A stretch of 64,000 nucleotides of DNA from Lama guanicoe (taxonomy: Eukaryota), in assembly GCA_013239625.1 (NCBI GenBank), contig MU053881.1:8641957-8705956 (forward strand), given 5' to 3'. Of this stretch, positions 12,537-26,400 are shown piece after piece. The number at the start of each line of letters is the position of its first letter. The stretch's first letter is position 1. The notes below the pieces were generated by a model. The model saw nothing but the letters and a program-made list of their open reading frames with translations, had not been told where the DNA came from and did no database searches. Both the position numbers and the translations under genes were made by a program.

Positions 12537-13230
12537 GTTCATTCTTTCATTTATCCCATAACTATCTGCCGAGTCTCTACCAAATGCCAAGTACTTCCTA
12601 GATGCAGAACGGAAGAGACAAAGTCTTGTTCTCAAAGATCTTACAACCTATTCGGGGGAGATTCATAGAAAACAAGTGAGAAATTAACAGTGTGTCAGAT
12701 GGCGATAACTGCTAGGTGGAAGGATAAGACGAGGAAGGGGGATCGTGATGGGGGTGGTGTGTGATGAGGATTGCTGTTGTGTATGGGGTGGTCAGGGAAG
12801 TTCTTGCTGATAAGGTGACGTTGGAGTGGAAAATCTTAAGGAAAGGAGTCGGGGATTCATGCCGATGTCTAAGGGAACCATAATCCAGGCAGAGGAAACT
12901 GTACGTGCAAAGGCCCCGAGGCAGAGAGTGCCTGGGGTATTGGAGAGACAGCAGGGTGGATAGTGTGGCTGGAGCAGAGTGAACAAGGGGACAATGTGAG
13001 GACAGGGCAATGGGGTGGGGCCAGGTCCTTGTAGGGCCTCACAGTTTACTCTGAGGATAATGGCTTTATTCCGAGTGAAAAGCGTCACTGGGGTATTTTG
13101 AGAAGAGGAGTGGCCTGATCTGACTTGAAGTTTTAAAAGATCCCTTTGTGCTGGGGATGGGGTAAGGGAAGAATCTGGGAGGCCGGCCAGGAGGAAGCCA
13201 CAGGGATAGTCTTGGTAAGCCACGGTGGTG
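12537..13230 (-). mobile_element. L2 LINE fragment
   Basis: ttcattctttcatt tail; caggcagaggaaac...tgcaaaggccccgaggcag; atctgacttgaagttttaaaagatc. Confidence 0.8.
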
Positions 13231-13859
13231 GTGGTGGGGGGGGCAGAGCACAGGGGTGCCCGGCTACCATGGCTCCCTGCGGCATGGTTCATTCTCTAGG
13301 GGTGTAGGGTTCCCTACACATCCCTTCCAAGGAACGACTTCTAAGACACAAAAGCAGAGGATAAAATACACTGCCCATAAAACAGTGCTCTGCTTGATGC
13401 AAAAAAATTAAACTTCTCATGGGAGTCAGCAAACAAATGGGGTTGAGGAGGCTGGATTTTGCCCTGATTCTACCCTCCTGTCCAAGTTGCTTTTCCTTAT
13501 TAAAGATGACACGCAGCGGTAAAAGGAAAGGGCAGCATGAGTGGAGGAGAGCAGAGAACCACGGGGTCTCCCAGGCCCCGGCCCTCGGCTCCCCGGGTGG
13601 ATGGTCTAAGGTGGAACAGCTCCAGCAAACGAACTTCCTGACTTTCTTAACATGATGACTGCAGACCGCGAGGCTGCACGCTTTCTGCCAGCTTGGCCTA
13701 GTTCGTCTTGGCATCAAGACCTCTCTGGAACACCCCCAAGCACCCTCCCAGATGAGTACTCCTGGACTTTAAACCCCTTTGCATTCTGTTTATGGCTGGG
13801 GGTCAGCTTGACTCATCTGAATTGTGGCACTCAAACTCACTTAGAAAAAGCTACCTCTG

Positions 13860-13970
13860 TCCACCCATCCGTCCATGCATCCGTCTGTCAACTATCCATT
13901 ATCTGTCTGTGTCTGTCTGTCTGTCTGTCTAATCTATCAATCAACGTATCTTTCTATTTGTTGATCTATC
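13860..13970. repeat. Degenerate (TCCA)/(TCTG)/(TCTA) tetranucleotide microsatellite
   Basis: Directly visible. Confidence 0.85.
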
Positions 13971-15499
13971 AAGACTCCCCTACCAAACAATCTCTCCAAA
14001 ATCCCTGAAGGCTCGTTCTCAAAACACTGCGTATCAAATGACCTCATACAGTAACCATATTTTATGTTGTTTTATGTTACTTTCTGCCTGGTATAGAAAC
14101 AATAAAACCACTCCATCTCCTCTCTGCTCCTTCACCTCCTTCCTCTCCTCTGCTGACACAGCGTCTCCCAGCCCTGCCCTCACTCACGAATCCAGCGCCT
14201 CCGGCGTCACTCCTTCCCATCCTCGTGGCCCAGGTAACCCTGAGTCGTCAGGGATGTACCAGGCTCTTCTGAAACCCTATTTGTGTGTAGTGTTCCAGCC
14301 CTTTTCTTAACACAGTTTTTAGCTGATCAAGGACTTGGCGGGTAGTCGCTGGGCACGGTAGGGTCTTTATCAAATTTTGCAGTAAGTCTGGATCCCTCAA
14401 AAGGTGCACTTACGTGTGGCGCGGTGTGAGGAATGCGGAGACTTCTTTTCTGAGAGGAGAGAAAGGTTGTCAGAATTGCAGCAATCTGGCCTGTGCTACT
14501 GTCAGCTGCTATTCTTCAGTTTTGCATAATGAGTGTGCCCTTAGGAAGGCAAGAGCTTCCTCTTGGAAATCCTCTCATTTACAGAGAAACAAAAATCCCT
14601 CCTTTCAAATGCATTTTAAACATGCCAAACAGCAGTGTGTTTCTGCTAAGTCACATCTCAGCTAAATGGATAATTGAATGGTGAATGGAAGTTGCTACTC
14701 AGCTGCTAACCTGCAGGGTTTCCACGCATACACGCTCCCCGAAGTGCAGCAGAGCAATCCCCGGGAGGCAGGCAGAAAGCATGACTGATTTTTTCCAATA
14801 AAGCTCCAAAAATCGATAATCCTTGTAGATGGAGCGCGCACGTCTCTAACCATCTCAGAGTTTCATCTCCCTCTGCTCGTCCCCCTAAACAAGCCTCTGT
14901 CTTTACCCTGGCACATGTTCCCAATTCGGCACCACCAGGATTTAGCCCGAGTTCTATTCAGTTCTGCTGAACGGACCTTTTAGTGAGGCCCTGCAATGCG
15001 TCTTGATTTAGAGACGCTTGGGTTTTATGTGGCTCTGGGAAATGTTGTTTAGCTTTTCCGGAGCTCCAGTAAGTTCTGATGTATGGCTGTGCATGCCTGC
15101 ATGATTAATGTCACACGCAAGGACTTGGAGCTTTCAGAGGTCACCCTGTGTGTACTGAATAATACAGCACAGATCCAAAAATACGCTTGGATGAGAAGCC
15201 CGGCTCCACACGAGTACAATTGCATCGTCTGCTTTAGTCGACATTGCCTGAGACCCAGCACCTCTCACTGTGCTGCTAAGGACAGTCCCTTCTCCAAAAG
15301 GCATCTTAAGGATAAAACAGTGTGAGTGTAAAATACTGCAAGCTATAGTCAGTAAACAAAGAATGCTGAAGCCATCAAGTCATCAGCCGCTGCCACCACC
15401 CCCCCCCGCAGTGAAGACCAGCCCACAGCCCCACCTCTGCAGCCTGAGGGGACTCAGAATAAGAAAGGACAGGATACTGGCCCTAGGTAGCTAGGTGCT

Positions 15500-15788
15500 T
15501 GTCAAAGGAGTGAATTCAATGAGCCCAAATGCTTGCTCCCTCCCATACATAGAGTAGCGCTAAATTCTTTAACTTGAGATGCCTGGTTTTCTTTAGTTAA
15601 CAAGTAATCTTTTCAAGCTCTGACTACCTGGTCTTTGCTGTAAAGCTCCTATATCTCCTAGCTCCTCCCCTACCTCTTCGGAGCAGTCCCTCAGAGCCAT
15701 CTGAGAGGCTGCCTTCCCGGCTAGAGTCCTCCCGCCGAATAAAAATATAACTGTCAACTTTTAGGCTGTGCATTTATTTCAGTCGACA
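15500..15788 (+). mobile_element. LTR-like fragment (ERV solo LTR remnant)
   Basis: TG...CA ends, AATAAA about 50 bp before the end, U5-like tttaggctgtgcatttatttcagtcgaca. No clear TSD. Confidence 0.5.
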
Positions 15789-16657
15789 ACAGGAACCATT
15801 TTGGTTTCTTGGTGATTTCTCTGTGAAATGTCACAGGTACCAGAATAAGTAAAAATGCTGGAAAAACTAGAAGGCTGCTATGTTAGTCCCTGACGGGCCT
15901 TCCAAGTTGCAGGTAGCCAGACCACGCTGTGAAGCAAATTAAGTGTCCGTGCAAAATATGCTATGGTGTGCAACGCTGTGGTTGAGAATTTCAATGCACC
16001 GAAGTCACTCGATCCGAAACGATGGTTCCCACAGCAACTATAACTCAGCTCTCTGGTGAATACAAAATTAACTTTATTGCAAAACATGCTGTTCAATTTA
16101 CGCCTTAATATAGTCACGGCAGAGTTACAGTTGCTGTAAGAACGCTAACTCTGAATTGTTTTGAATAATTAATTTAATGAAAAGTTGGTGGAAATGTGAA
16201 CTCTGACAGAAAGTCAACGGAAATTTAGGGAAGTCAGCCAATTATGCCTGTGCTGGGGGGCAGTGAGTCACTTCTGCAACCTGAGATAAGTGAGGGCGCT
16301 CTTTGGCCTGGGGGCACTGGTAAAGCCAAGAACCCCAAGCATACTAACGGCCCCCACCCCGGCCATCACCGAAGAGATGCTTCTGCAGGAGATGACTTGA
16401 CCAGTAGGTGAGGGTGGCTCCCTGATGCATCACTCGCCTTCAGGTAACCCTCCTGCTGCAATTACTGGGGGTCAAAGCAGGTATCAAAACAGTGTAGTGG
16501 TTACGTCTGGTCTCTGTTAAGTAGCCCTGGGTTTAGAACTCACTTCCCCATCACTGACAGTGAGGACTTACTCTGATTGTTCAACTTCTCTGAGTCAGTT
16601 TTCTCATGTATACAATGCTGATGGCAATGGGTTCCACCCCACAAAACTGATGTGAGG

Positions 16658-16830
16658 ATTTTTTTTTCAATTATTTCTTTCTACATTGATTTTTGTTGTT
16701 TTTTTTTTTTTTTGGTGGGGGAAGGTAATTAGGTTTGTTTGTTTGTTTATTTAGAGGAGGTACTGGAGATTGAACCCAGGACCTTGTGGATGCTAAGAAA
16801 GCACTCTACCACTTGAGCTATACCCTCCCC
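16658..16830 (-). mobile_element. tRNA-derived SINE (Vic-1-like) inserted into a MIR (~16490-16900)
   Basis: Perfect TSD ctgatgtgagg at 16647-16657 and 16831-16841; A and B boxes on the minus strand. Confidence 0.88.
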
Positions 16831-18707
16831 CTGATGTGAGGGTTTGATGACAGAGGATACGTTAAGAATTTAGCTCTGGGGTTGGCCAAGGTTATGGTCA
16901 GTGCTTGAGAACTATTAGCTATGATCTGAAACAGGAATTCAGTCAGTCTGCAAATTCAAAGCATATACATCATCAACTATGTGGCCTGTCTTCTTATTTC
17001 AACCCAAACTGATTAAATGTAAGCCTGAGTCAGCGGGCAGAGGGTAGGGGGTGGGGGATGAAGGCAGAAGCAGGAATTGGCAGAAAGCTTCCCAAGCCAC
17101 GTGTGTTCAGCAAAGATGCTTGAGGCCACTCCTACGGCGGTTCTAGAAACAAACCCGTCCACTGTCTCTTCTACCCAAGAAACATTTCTCAGCTTTTTTT
17201 TTTTGTATAAATTTTTTTTTAGAACTTTTCCTTCTAATTCCTCTCCCCATTATGAAATGTTAACACCACAGATACACTCTATAGATCTGTTTACTTACTG
17301 CATATGTATAAATACGGATCTGTGTTTTACACATACAGAGTAAGATCTTTTTCACACCCGCCCAAGGAGCCACTTTGCACTCTGTTGGGGGTGATTCTGC
17401 CCCAGTTCCAACGTATGCGCTAGATGGCAGGCCAGCAGGTCCCTCTGTTCAAGCCCTCATGCTCCGCAACTCAGGGGGAACCCTGCGTTTATTCCCTTTG
17501 CTTATTCCTCCTTTGAACCCAGCTCTCAGCTTCTAACAAATGGGCTGTTTTGACAGCTAAGCAACACAGTGTTTTTTAAGCTACTTCATGGTGGTTCCTC
17601 ACTGTTGCCTCCCCAACTGTTCTCCTCGGGTGCGATGTGGCTTCTCTTCTGAAATGGCTGAGAGGGTCGCGCCCAGAGAATCCCAAGCCAGCCAGCCCTC
17701 AGCGAACACCTGCTGTCTTCCTGCTCAAGGCAAGTGATCATTTAAGGCTCTTTCTAGTTAGCACTTTTGCTGCTGGCTGCCAGGGTTGACCAACCCAAAG
17801 GAACCCGCCCTGCTAGAGGGCATCTTTCTTGGGAGCCACTGTCAGGGTTTTAATAAGAAGGGGTGAAGCCACAGCCTGGGAGGAAAAACAAACAAAAAGC
17901 AACCCCCCAGCAACGTGCACTGCTAACTTCTGAAGTCATTCCCAATGCGGCTTTGACATCCTTCTTTCTGTATCAGCCTCATGCTGTTTTCAGGGACTCT
18001 GACTCTTTTGCCTTCAAGTCTTGGCTGGTGGCTTTTTACCTCTCCGCAATCAGTAACATTCTAACATCTCCTAAAAGACATGATTTTACAACACTGTAAT
18101 CGTTTGCTTTTACTGCTCCGAAAATATTTTAAAGTTGCATTACTTAGTGTAACCCCGTCTCCCTGGTGATGGGTGCAGAAATTTACATGCCAAGGTAAAG
18201 CCATCCCAGTAAACTGAGATCCGTGAGACGCATAGCAAGTGCCCTGTTGGTCTGGCCGGGTATTAACTCAACCTGGAGTTCCATCTCAGCTTCTTCTGAA
18301 ACCTGAGCAGAAACTCCAGGGGGCTGAGCTCTCTGCTGACCAGTGCGTCTGCCCTCCTGAACCTCCCTGAGTTGCACTGTTTGACTTCAGGGGTCAATTT
18401 GACCAGAAGCCCAGTTCAGCCAGGTAGGCTCGAATGGGAGGGCAGAGCCACAGTGACGGCCACCTGCGCTGCCATTCTGAGCACTGGGCCACAGCGCACT
18501 TTGGGCTTTACAGGATGTCAGTGGCTGCCCCGATTTTCCTGAACTTCTACAACATCACCCTGAGGCTATTAAGACAGAAATGTCTCCAACATGGTACCCT
18601 TGAGCTCCCCCAGATGTATGTGTCTGTGTTCAAAAAATACAAATGGTGATTTGTCTGGATGATATTTTGAGAGGCATTATGAATGGAGATAAAGAATAGC
18701 CTTGGCT

Positions 18708-19504
18708 AGAATGACCACCATTCAAAAGTCCACAAATGACAAATGCTGGAGAGGCTGTGGAGAAAAGGAAACCCTCCTACACTGCTGGTGGGAATGCAGT
18801 TTGGTGCAGCCACTGTGGAAAACAGTATGGAGATTCCTCAAAAGACTAGGAATAGACTTACCATATGACCCAGGAATCCCGCTCCTGGGCATATATCCAG
18901 AAGGAACCCTACTTCAAAAAAGACATCTGCACCCCCAGTGTTCACAGCAGCACTATTTACAATAGCCAAGACATGGAAACAGCCTAAATGTCCATCGACA
19001 GATGACTGGATAAAGAAGATGTAGTATATTTATACAATGGAATACTATTCAGCCATAAAACCCGACAACATAACACCATTTGCAGCAACAAGGATGTTCC
19101 TGGAGAATGTCATTCTAAGTGAAGTAAGCCAGAAAGAGAAAGAAAAATACCATATGAGATCACTCATATGTGGAATCTAAAAAAAAAGAACATAAATACA
19201 AAACAGAAACAGACTCATAGACATAGAACACAAACTTGTGGTTGCCAAGGGGGCGGCGGGTGGGAAGGGACAGACAGAGTTCAAAATTTGTAGATACTGA
19301 CAGGCATATGTAGAACAGATAAACAAGATTATACTGTATAGCACAGGGAAGTACACGCAAGATCTTGCGGTAGCTCACAGTGAAAAAGAATGCGACAATG
19401 AATACATGTATGTTCATGTATAACTGAAAAATTGTGCTCTACACTGGAAATTGACACAACATTGTAAAAAGACTATAACTCAATAAAAAAAAAAAGAAAA
19501 GAAA
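18708..19504 (+). mobile_element. 5'-truncated L1 (ORF2 C-terminus, 3' UTR, polyA)
   Basis: ORF 18702..18965 contains [27 protein letters not shown] (L1 ORF2). 17-bp TSD aaagaa(t/c)agccttggct at 18691-18707 and 19505-19521. Confidence 0.95.
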
Positions 19505-22230
19505 AAAGAACAGCCTTGGCTGACCTTTGCAAGTGTCCATTCTGAATAGCCACATGGAATGCAGAAGTCGATTTCTCCCCAAGGCAGCAAAAAAGCCATT
19601 TCTTTTTATGTTCAGCTGTATGCAGGTATATAAAGAAATCGCTCTTTCCTTCTACATACTTTAAACATATTCAGCATTGATTCTGACCTACTGGGACGAG
19701 CTACAACATCATGGTTAACGCGGGATGCTTCATCGACCGTGGCTCAGACTAGATGGACAAGGGATTTCCAGTGCTTTTCTGTGGGGTCTTTAAAATGTTC
19801 ATCCCTGGAAAAGGTGTTTTTTTTTTTTGACTCTAAAGAAGAGTGCTCTGATTTGTAGGATCTGACGGGAAGCCGGTGGGTATGACAGCCCTTGTAGCTC
19901 CAATGTCAAATGAGCCTACTAGTCTCCCTCACACATGCATTTAAAATGGCCAGGTGTTCCTCTGGTTCCGCATCTGCCTCTGAAGGATGTTGATGGCATG
20001 CTCGCATGCAGAGAATGTGAATGATCGCAGCAGAATATCATGCCGGGAGCTGTTCCCAGGAATCAGTAGCCTGACTGGAGATCATTTGGAAGGAAGAGCA
20101 AGGCAATCTAGAAAATGCAGGATACTTGTGCTCTGCTGCCCTGGGGTGAAGATCAACAGGTTTACACTGCTGCACTGGAGTCTCCTCTCGGGGTCATGCC
20201 TGCAAAGCCCAGGGAACCCCCCTGAGTAGAGGCAGGACAGAGAGGGCACATGCCCAGGCATAAGCCCTTGAACCAGTCACAGAGGAGAAATGATGACAGT
20301 GACAGAGCTCCACTCACTGCTGGTCAGTGTGACTTTCTTGGCTCTTCTCCCCCAGGCAACCCAGAGATCTCTGCACTGCTCTGGCCCTTGTCTCTGTCTT
20401 TCCCCGTTAATCCACTGTGGCCCAAGACAGGGCACGCACGCCAGCTCTGTAAGGAAGGACTTCTCCACCACTGCAATTCTATCAGACTAAGGAAGAGGAA
20501 GGGACACAGGGGCCCCCAGCAGCATGAATTACTTAGACACTGTTAGTAAAATACACGCCCTCCAGAATCCTGAAGATTCCCATTTGGAGTTTCTAGGTCT
20601 TGAGCATTTGCAAAAGTAACGTTTCAGAGCATGGCATCAGACCACTGACCACTGCAGAGACTTGCTGGCATGGGTGAGGATGTACCATGCTGGGCCTGCC
20701 GAGAAGTCAGATGGGCGCACGCACACGCATGCACACACAGACGTGCACACACTCACACGCACGACAGGAGTTAGTTCCTGGCTTGGCTGGCCTGTCTTGT
20801 CGAGATCTGGGGCTGAGCTGGAGCAGATGGGAGGAAGATGAGCCAGAAAGGGCAGCAGAGGAGGCAGGAATGGATGCTCTGCCTACGTGCCTTAAATGCC
20901 GTACATGCCGATTGTGTAGACCATGGATTTAAACCAATGAGTCACCCTAGCTGCCTTGGGTAAAACACTTTCTGGTGCTACTCATTGTGCGTTTGGGGGC
21001 AATGGCCTCCTGCCTGCCTCACAGGCTTCTCATGAGGTTGACTGAGGCAACACAAAGTCTTTTGAGCTCCTTGGAGAAAATTCACCATGTAAGTGCCAAG
21101 TGTCACCATTATATCATGGGAATGAGACTCCCATCCGTTTAAACCAGTCACCAGGAGAGTTGGGGCATCCAAGAAAAGCAGCCAAAGCTGTCCCCGTCTC
21201 AACCCAGGCAAATGACGTTTCCTCATCCAGCACTAACCTTGCCCTGGAGGGGTCGGTGGCCACAGGCGGGTGCCCTGTTTGGCCCCCGGTCTTGTCTGAA
21301 TGGCCCGCACATCATTTTCATACATTTTGAATTGCTTGCCAGTATTTCAAGGTTGGGAGAGCGTGCACAGCCATGCGGATCTCTGGCTTCCATAGAAGAA
21401 TTGGAAAATTTGGCAAAACTAGGCTGGCACTTCTGCACCGCCACATTCAGCTGGCGGTGCATCGTGTCTGCTCTCCATAGGTGGAACCTTCCCATTCCAG
21501 ATTATTACCCCTCCCTGCTGTTTTACACCCTACTTACTGCCCTCACGTACACTGGCCTTGCCTCACCCACAGAGGGGTATTTGAGTTTACAACTCTTTCT
21601 ACAGGTTTTGCCCTTCGTCCCCTTCCCACAGTCAACAAAGATGCTGAATTCACAGTGCCCTCATTATCCAAATCCAGGCTAACTCCCCCAACAGAGGAAA
21701 GGACCGTACACCCAGCTCCTGCCAGGGGGAACCGAGAAGAGAACCTGGTTGCTCCCACTCCCTCCCCTGACTAGTAATTCCACCTGAAAACCCCACGGTT
21801 TTCTTACTTAAGAGATGTCCAAGCAGTCATTCAACTGAATTAGATTATGAGCATCCAAAGGTTTTCCCAATACATAAAAGTATAGACAATGCTACGAGAA
21901 GATGAGATTTAATTAATGAGTGTTATTTAAAGGAATAAGTTGTGCCTTAGACGGAGGATTAAAAGATAAAAAAGGATAGGAGGGAAAATCAAATTTTAAT
22001 GAGTGGCCTTCTTCATTTGATTTGACTAAATGTCTTCTGTTGTTGAAAATATTAACACTTATGAGGGAGTCGTTTGTGTGTAGCCACACGGTTTGATACC
22101 TGACTGTTTTCTTTTATATAATTACATTGTGTTACAAAGGAATTTAAGCTACCATTTGAAGTTTAAAGCTTCCAACCTTACATGGATCTCCTTGGGAGGC
22201 TGTGAGCAAGGGATGGGGTTGAAAAGTAAA

Positions 22231-22290
22231 TGTACACGAGAAATCGACACATTGTAACTGACTATACTGCAATTAAAAAAGGAAAAAAAA
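22231..22290 (+). mobile_element. Extremely 5'-truncated L1 tail (~60 bp)
   Basis: gacacattgtaactgactatact...A-tail matches the other L1 3' ends in this window; TSD-like aaaagtaaa on both sides. Confidence 0.75.
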
Positions 22291-22744
22291 GTAAACATAA
22301 AAACTATTGGCAGAAACACCAGGAAGGGTGCCTTGAGTTAGAAAACGGCCAAGTCTCCTGCGACCACAAAGCCAGGGGAAGTCTGGAGTTCCTCAGGTGG
22401 TTGCCCGCCCCTCTGCAAATCACTTCTCTCTCACCTCGGCCGCCCCAGGGGCTCACCTGGAGGAGAGGAGGGGAAACTCCTGAGGCTGTCAGCATGCAGC
22501 AGGTGCTCCATAAATGTTTCATGAGGAATGAATGAATGAATGAATGTGGTTGCCATTGCTCAGCTGGATCCAGAGAGAGGAAGTGTGGACCCCAGGCGTG
22601 GCCCGTGGTGATACACACGTGGCTCTCCTGTTTCCATGTCTAACACCCGCGTTCCTGCAGCTGGCAGCCAGGTCCTCACTGGGCCTTTCCTAACTCCCTC
22701 CTTGCTTTACATGTGGTCCCTGGGTTCTCCCTTCTTCTTCTTCT

Positions 22745-23038
22745 TTTTTTTCAATTGAAGTTTAGTTGATTTACAATGTTGTGTTAGTTTCTGGTGTACA
22801 ACACAGTGATTCAATTATATATCTATATACTTATATATAGATATAAATATCTATAATAATATATATACTCATTTTCATTATAGGTTATTACAAGATATTG
22901 AATGTTGTTCCCTGTGTCATATATACATTAGGACCTTGTTGTTTATCTCCTTTATATATAGTAGTTTGTATCTGCTAATCCCAAACTCCTAATTTATTCC
23001 TCTCTCCCCCTCTTCCCTTTGGTAACCAAAAGTCTGTT
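22745..23038 (-). mobile_element. L1 3' UTR fragment (sense to TENM2)
   Basis: T-tail, then ttgaag...ttgatttacaatgttgtgttagtttctggtgtaca...ggttattacaagatattgaat...ttggtaacc. Confidence 0.85.
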
Positions 23039-23269
23039 TAAAGGATCAGAATTCAGGTGTCCCTGTAAGAGTGAAATAAGAAGACGGGCCCAGACACCTG
23101 GGTTACCACATGAGGTTTAGTGCCCTAAATTCTGGGGGCTCCTTTCCATGCATAATTGTAGACCACCTTACTGCTTTCTCAGCTGCTCACTCTGTGAAGA
23201 CATGGTGTGGAAACTACAGGAAAGCCACAAAGATGTGATGTCTGTGACTTTTAAACAAGCATTCATGGA

Positions 23270-23455
23270 ATTCCAAGCACTCTGTTAAGTGCCTCACGTA
23301 TAAGCGCAGCCCTCACAGCAGTAGGACAGGGGTATTATTACTCCCCATTTACAGATGGGAAAAAATGAGGCTCACTGGAGATACAGAGATTTCCAAAGGT
23401 CACCCAGCTTGCAACGGATGGAGGCTGGATTTGAAGCCAGGCTTGTCTGATTCAT
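23270..23455 (-). mobile_element. MIR SINE
   Basis: ccccatttacagatgggaaaaaatgaggctca...aaaggtcacccagct...ggatttgaagccagg. Confidence 0.75.
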
Positions 23456-26400
23456 GCATTCAATCCTTTTTCTACGTATTTCCTTACACCAACCCCACCC
23501 TGCGAATGCACGGTAACTACAACAGTAAAGCACGGCCGATGCGTGTTAACAGCAAAGAGGAAAGATGTTACATTCTATCGACAGAACGTGGGAGCTACTG
23601 AGAGTCTGGTGGAGGTGTTGACGTGTATTATGTGTTTCAAGCTGTTTAATTCTGGGTAGGCTGTTCTCAGGTGCTAGGCTTTTCAATGATATGGTAACAT
23701 TTCCTGTATCGGACCCCCAGAGAGCAGGTCTGGAAGTGAAAGGATCCAGATCTTCCTCGGCCCCATGAAATGGAAAGAAACAGTTAAATCAGTTCATATT
23801 CAAAGGATGGTGAGAGGCTGATAGCAACATGCTTCAGGGACCCACCTCGCCTTGCCCACACTCCCTGGATGAATAGGCAACAGCTAGTTTCTCTCCCCAC
23901 TTCTGTTGTCTTCAGTCTCTCTCTCCCTGTTCGTGTGCTCATCAATGACACTCGGCCTTCCTGCGCTCACATACACCTACCGTGGAGAAACAATCTCACT
24001 GTCCATCGCCAGGATGCTCTCTGCAAAGCCAAGCCACCTCTTTGAGTTTTGTGTCATTAGAGAGAGTGTGTGCGCCTTGGAGGCAGCAGTGTGACCAGTG
24101 ACCCACAGCTTGTTAACGTGTTGGAATCAAATCAGGTACAAATTGTCTCCTCTGCGTTTGTGAGGTGGTTATTTTACAATCTTTGGGGGCGCCTATCCCC
24201 CAACACTATTTCTAGACAACCAGACAGGGCAGTCTGGCAATCCCTCTTGAAGTTAAAGCATAATTTTTAAAAGTAAAGAAATTGAATTCACACTTACCAG
24301 AGCCCATCACTCTGCCTACAGCTTTAGACAGATGACCCTTCGGGGCCAAGCTCTAACCAGCGTCGTTGCTAAATGACCAGGTGCTGCTGTGGCTAAACTT
24401 GCAAGTCATGGCCTGGGATTCCCAGCAATTTTAATTCCTCCTGGATAGCAGTTTTGTGGCGCTTTCTGTCTCTAGAACACTGGTTAACCCTTCCTCTCTC
24501 TGGGGTCTGGCAGGCTGTGGTTTTTGTGATTTGGGCCCCATGGTGCTGGGTATCTTGCATGATTAGAGTGACCTCCAAGAGCCATGCCAGAAACTTCTGG
24601 AAACCTGGAGTCTAGGGGATATGGAAGCAGCTCCCTCTTCATTCCTCCTGGGACACAATTATTATGAAGGTGGGAGGCCACACAGGCTCTTTTCCTCGCA
24701 GTTGAGCTGAAAATGGAAGCAACCCTTAATCTCAATGAGCTTAACCTTAAAGGGCCAGCTGTGTACATGCTGCGGTCCCGAGGCTACACTGGGATTCAGA
24801 GCCTGGGTCTACAGAAGGTGTCTGAGCGTGAGGGGCGGTGAGGAAATGGCAAGGATCCTGTGGTCTGTTCTACAGCCCAGCCCAGGGACAAAACCTTGAG
24901 GTGAGGGAGAAGGGTTGTAGGCAAAGAAGGAAGGGCTGTTTCCTCAAAGGAACACGTTACCAGCTGATAAAGCTCCCCAGTGTGCAACCTCTTCTTCTGT
25001 GTGGAGACTGGCGTAGCCCTGGCATGAACCCCGGCAGGAGGGGAAGTCCTGAGGGCTCCCCTTGACTGAATTTTGCAGGCAGCAGGCCTCACTGAGGGGA
25101 CTAAGCTTGAAGAATCTGAATGGGCTAAAGAGAAGCCTGGGTGACACCCTTGGAAACTTCTAGAAATGTTTGGGGTGAGAGTGGGGAGTGGGCTTTGCAG
25201 TTGGGATGAGCCAGGAAATTGGAGGAAGGATGTGAATGATTCCTTTCTGGTGAGACAGACTTATAGGGCTCGGGGCAATGTGGGTTCTGTCAGGTTTGGA
25301 GCAGAACTCAGGACGGGTTAGACCATGACCCGGTTCTAACTGACACGTCTCATGTCAACTACCAGTTTCATTTTGACTGTTACCCCAGCTCACCTGGAAA
25401 AGTATATACACTTCTGCTGAATTAATTTTTCCACTTGACACTTGTTGACCAAGAGGAGTCAACCACACCTTCAACCATCTAGGCGCAGAAAGGGGGTGAT
25501 GCCGCCAGGGACCATGGAATCAGCTCATTTGTGGCAAATTCCATGGTGAAAGCTAGGGCAGAAGCTGAGCAGGCTCCTTTAGGATCTTAATCATCAAAGA
25601 AACACTGGCTGGTAGCTTTTAATTACTTTGCAGACGTTGTACCCTATCTTTGAGGACCAAGCAGGCCTCCCCCTGACTGATCACAATGAAAATATGTTCT
25701 TAAAAACAAACACTTTCCTTAAAACTAGAGATATTTTTTTAATTAGAGGAAAGATTAAGTAAATGCATTTTCTCTTATAATTTAATCCATTCTAATTATC
25801 CTGAGAATGTTTATGATGACAGACTTAACGTTCTCCTCGCTGCTGTTTCATGAGGTTTCTTTCTTTATTACTCATGAAGGGAAAAGCTCAGACACGGTCA
25901 ACGGTCAGACAGCCTCTGCGGGTCTGATGATCACGATACACAGAAATGCAAGATGGAAAGGACAGAGGAGAGCAATAATCCCTGACTTTGACTGGTGGGT
26001 TTTCAGAATGATGGTATCCTATTTCCAAAGGTAATAAAGGCAAGCATTTTAAAAAGAGCTTGTGAAATAGAGTGCTATGAAAGACGTGGGTTGGTATAAG
26101 ATGGAACCCCATTAGGCAGGCAACTGGGGAGAAAATGCAAAATCTGTTTCTTAGGTGAACATCTGGGATCCCCTGTATGACTCCTGATAACCCAGGAGAT
26201 GAGCCGGGGAATTGCAAAGAGTCCCCAGCTGTTACCCATGGGTCACGCTCCAAGGAGTCAAGCAAATGCAGCACGGAAGGAAGGCGGGCAGTCGTGAAGT
26301 TTATCGGGCTGAACAGGGACAGACAACCAGTGAGAGTCTTGATTCTTCAAAAGGCATGTGTGCTGCTCAAATGAGTCAAAGTTGAGGCTCCTGGGTTATT

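Noticed and set aside
16098..16135. Exon candidate ttcttacag|...GGC|gtaaat, and the ttacgcctta 10-mer shared with 30646
   Set aside because: 32 nt with an in-frame TGA and a weak donor; a shared 10-mer is expected by chance in 64 kb.
21808..21834. 27-nt micro-exon candidate (ttcag|...TAA|gtaaga, minus strand)
   Set aside because: At phase 1 it reads GTT GAA TGA, an in-frame stop, and the pyrimidine tract is weak.
24780..25360. Possible ancient LTR remnant
   Set aside because: I could not define termini, TSD or family by eye.
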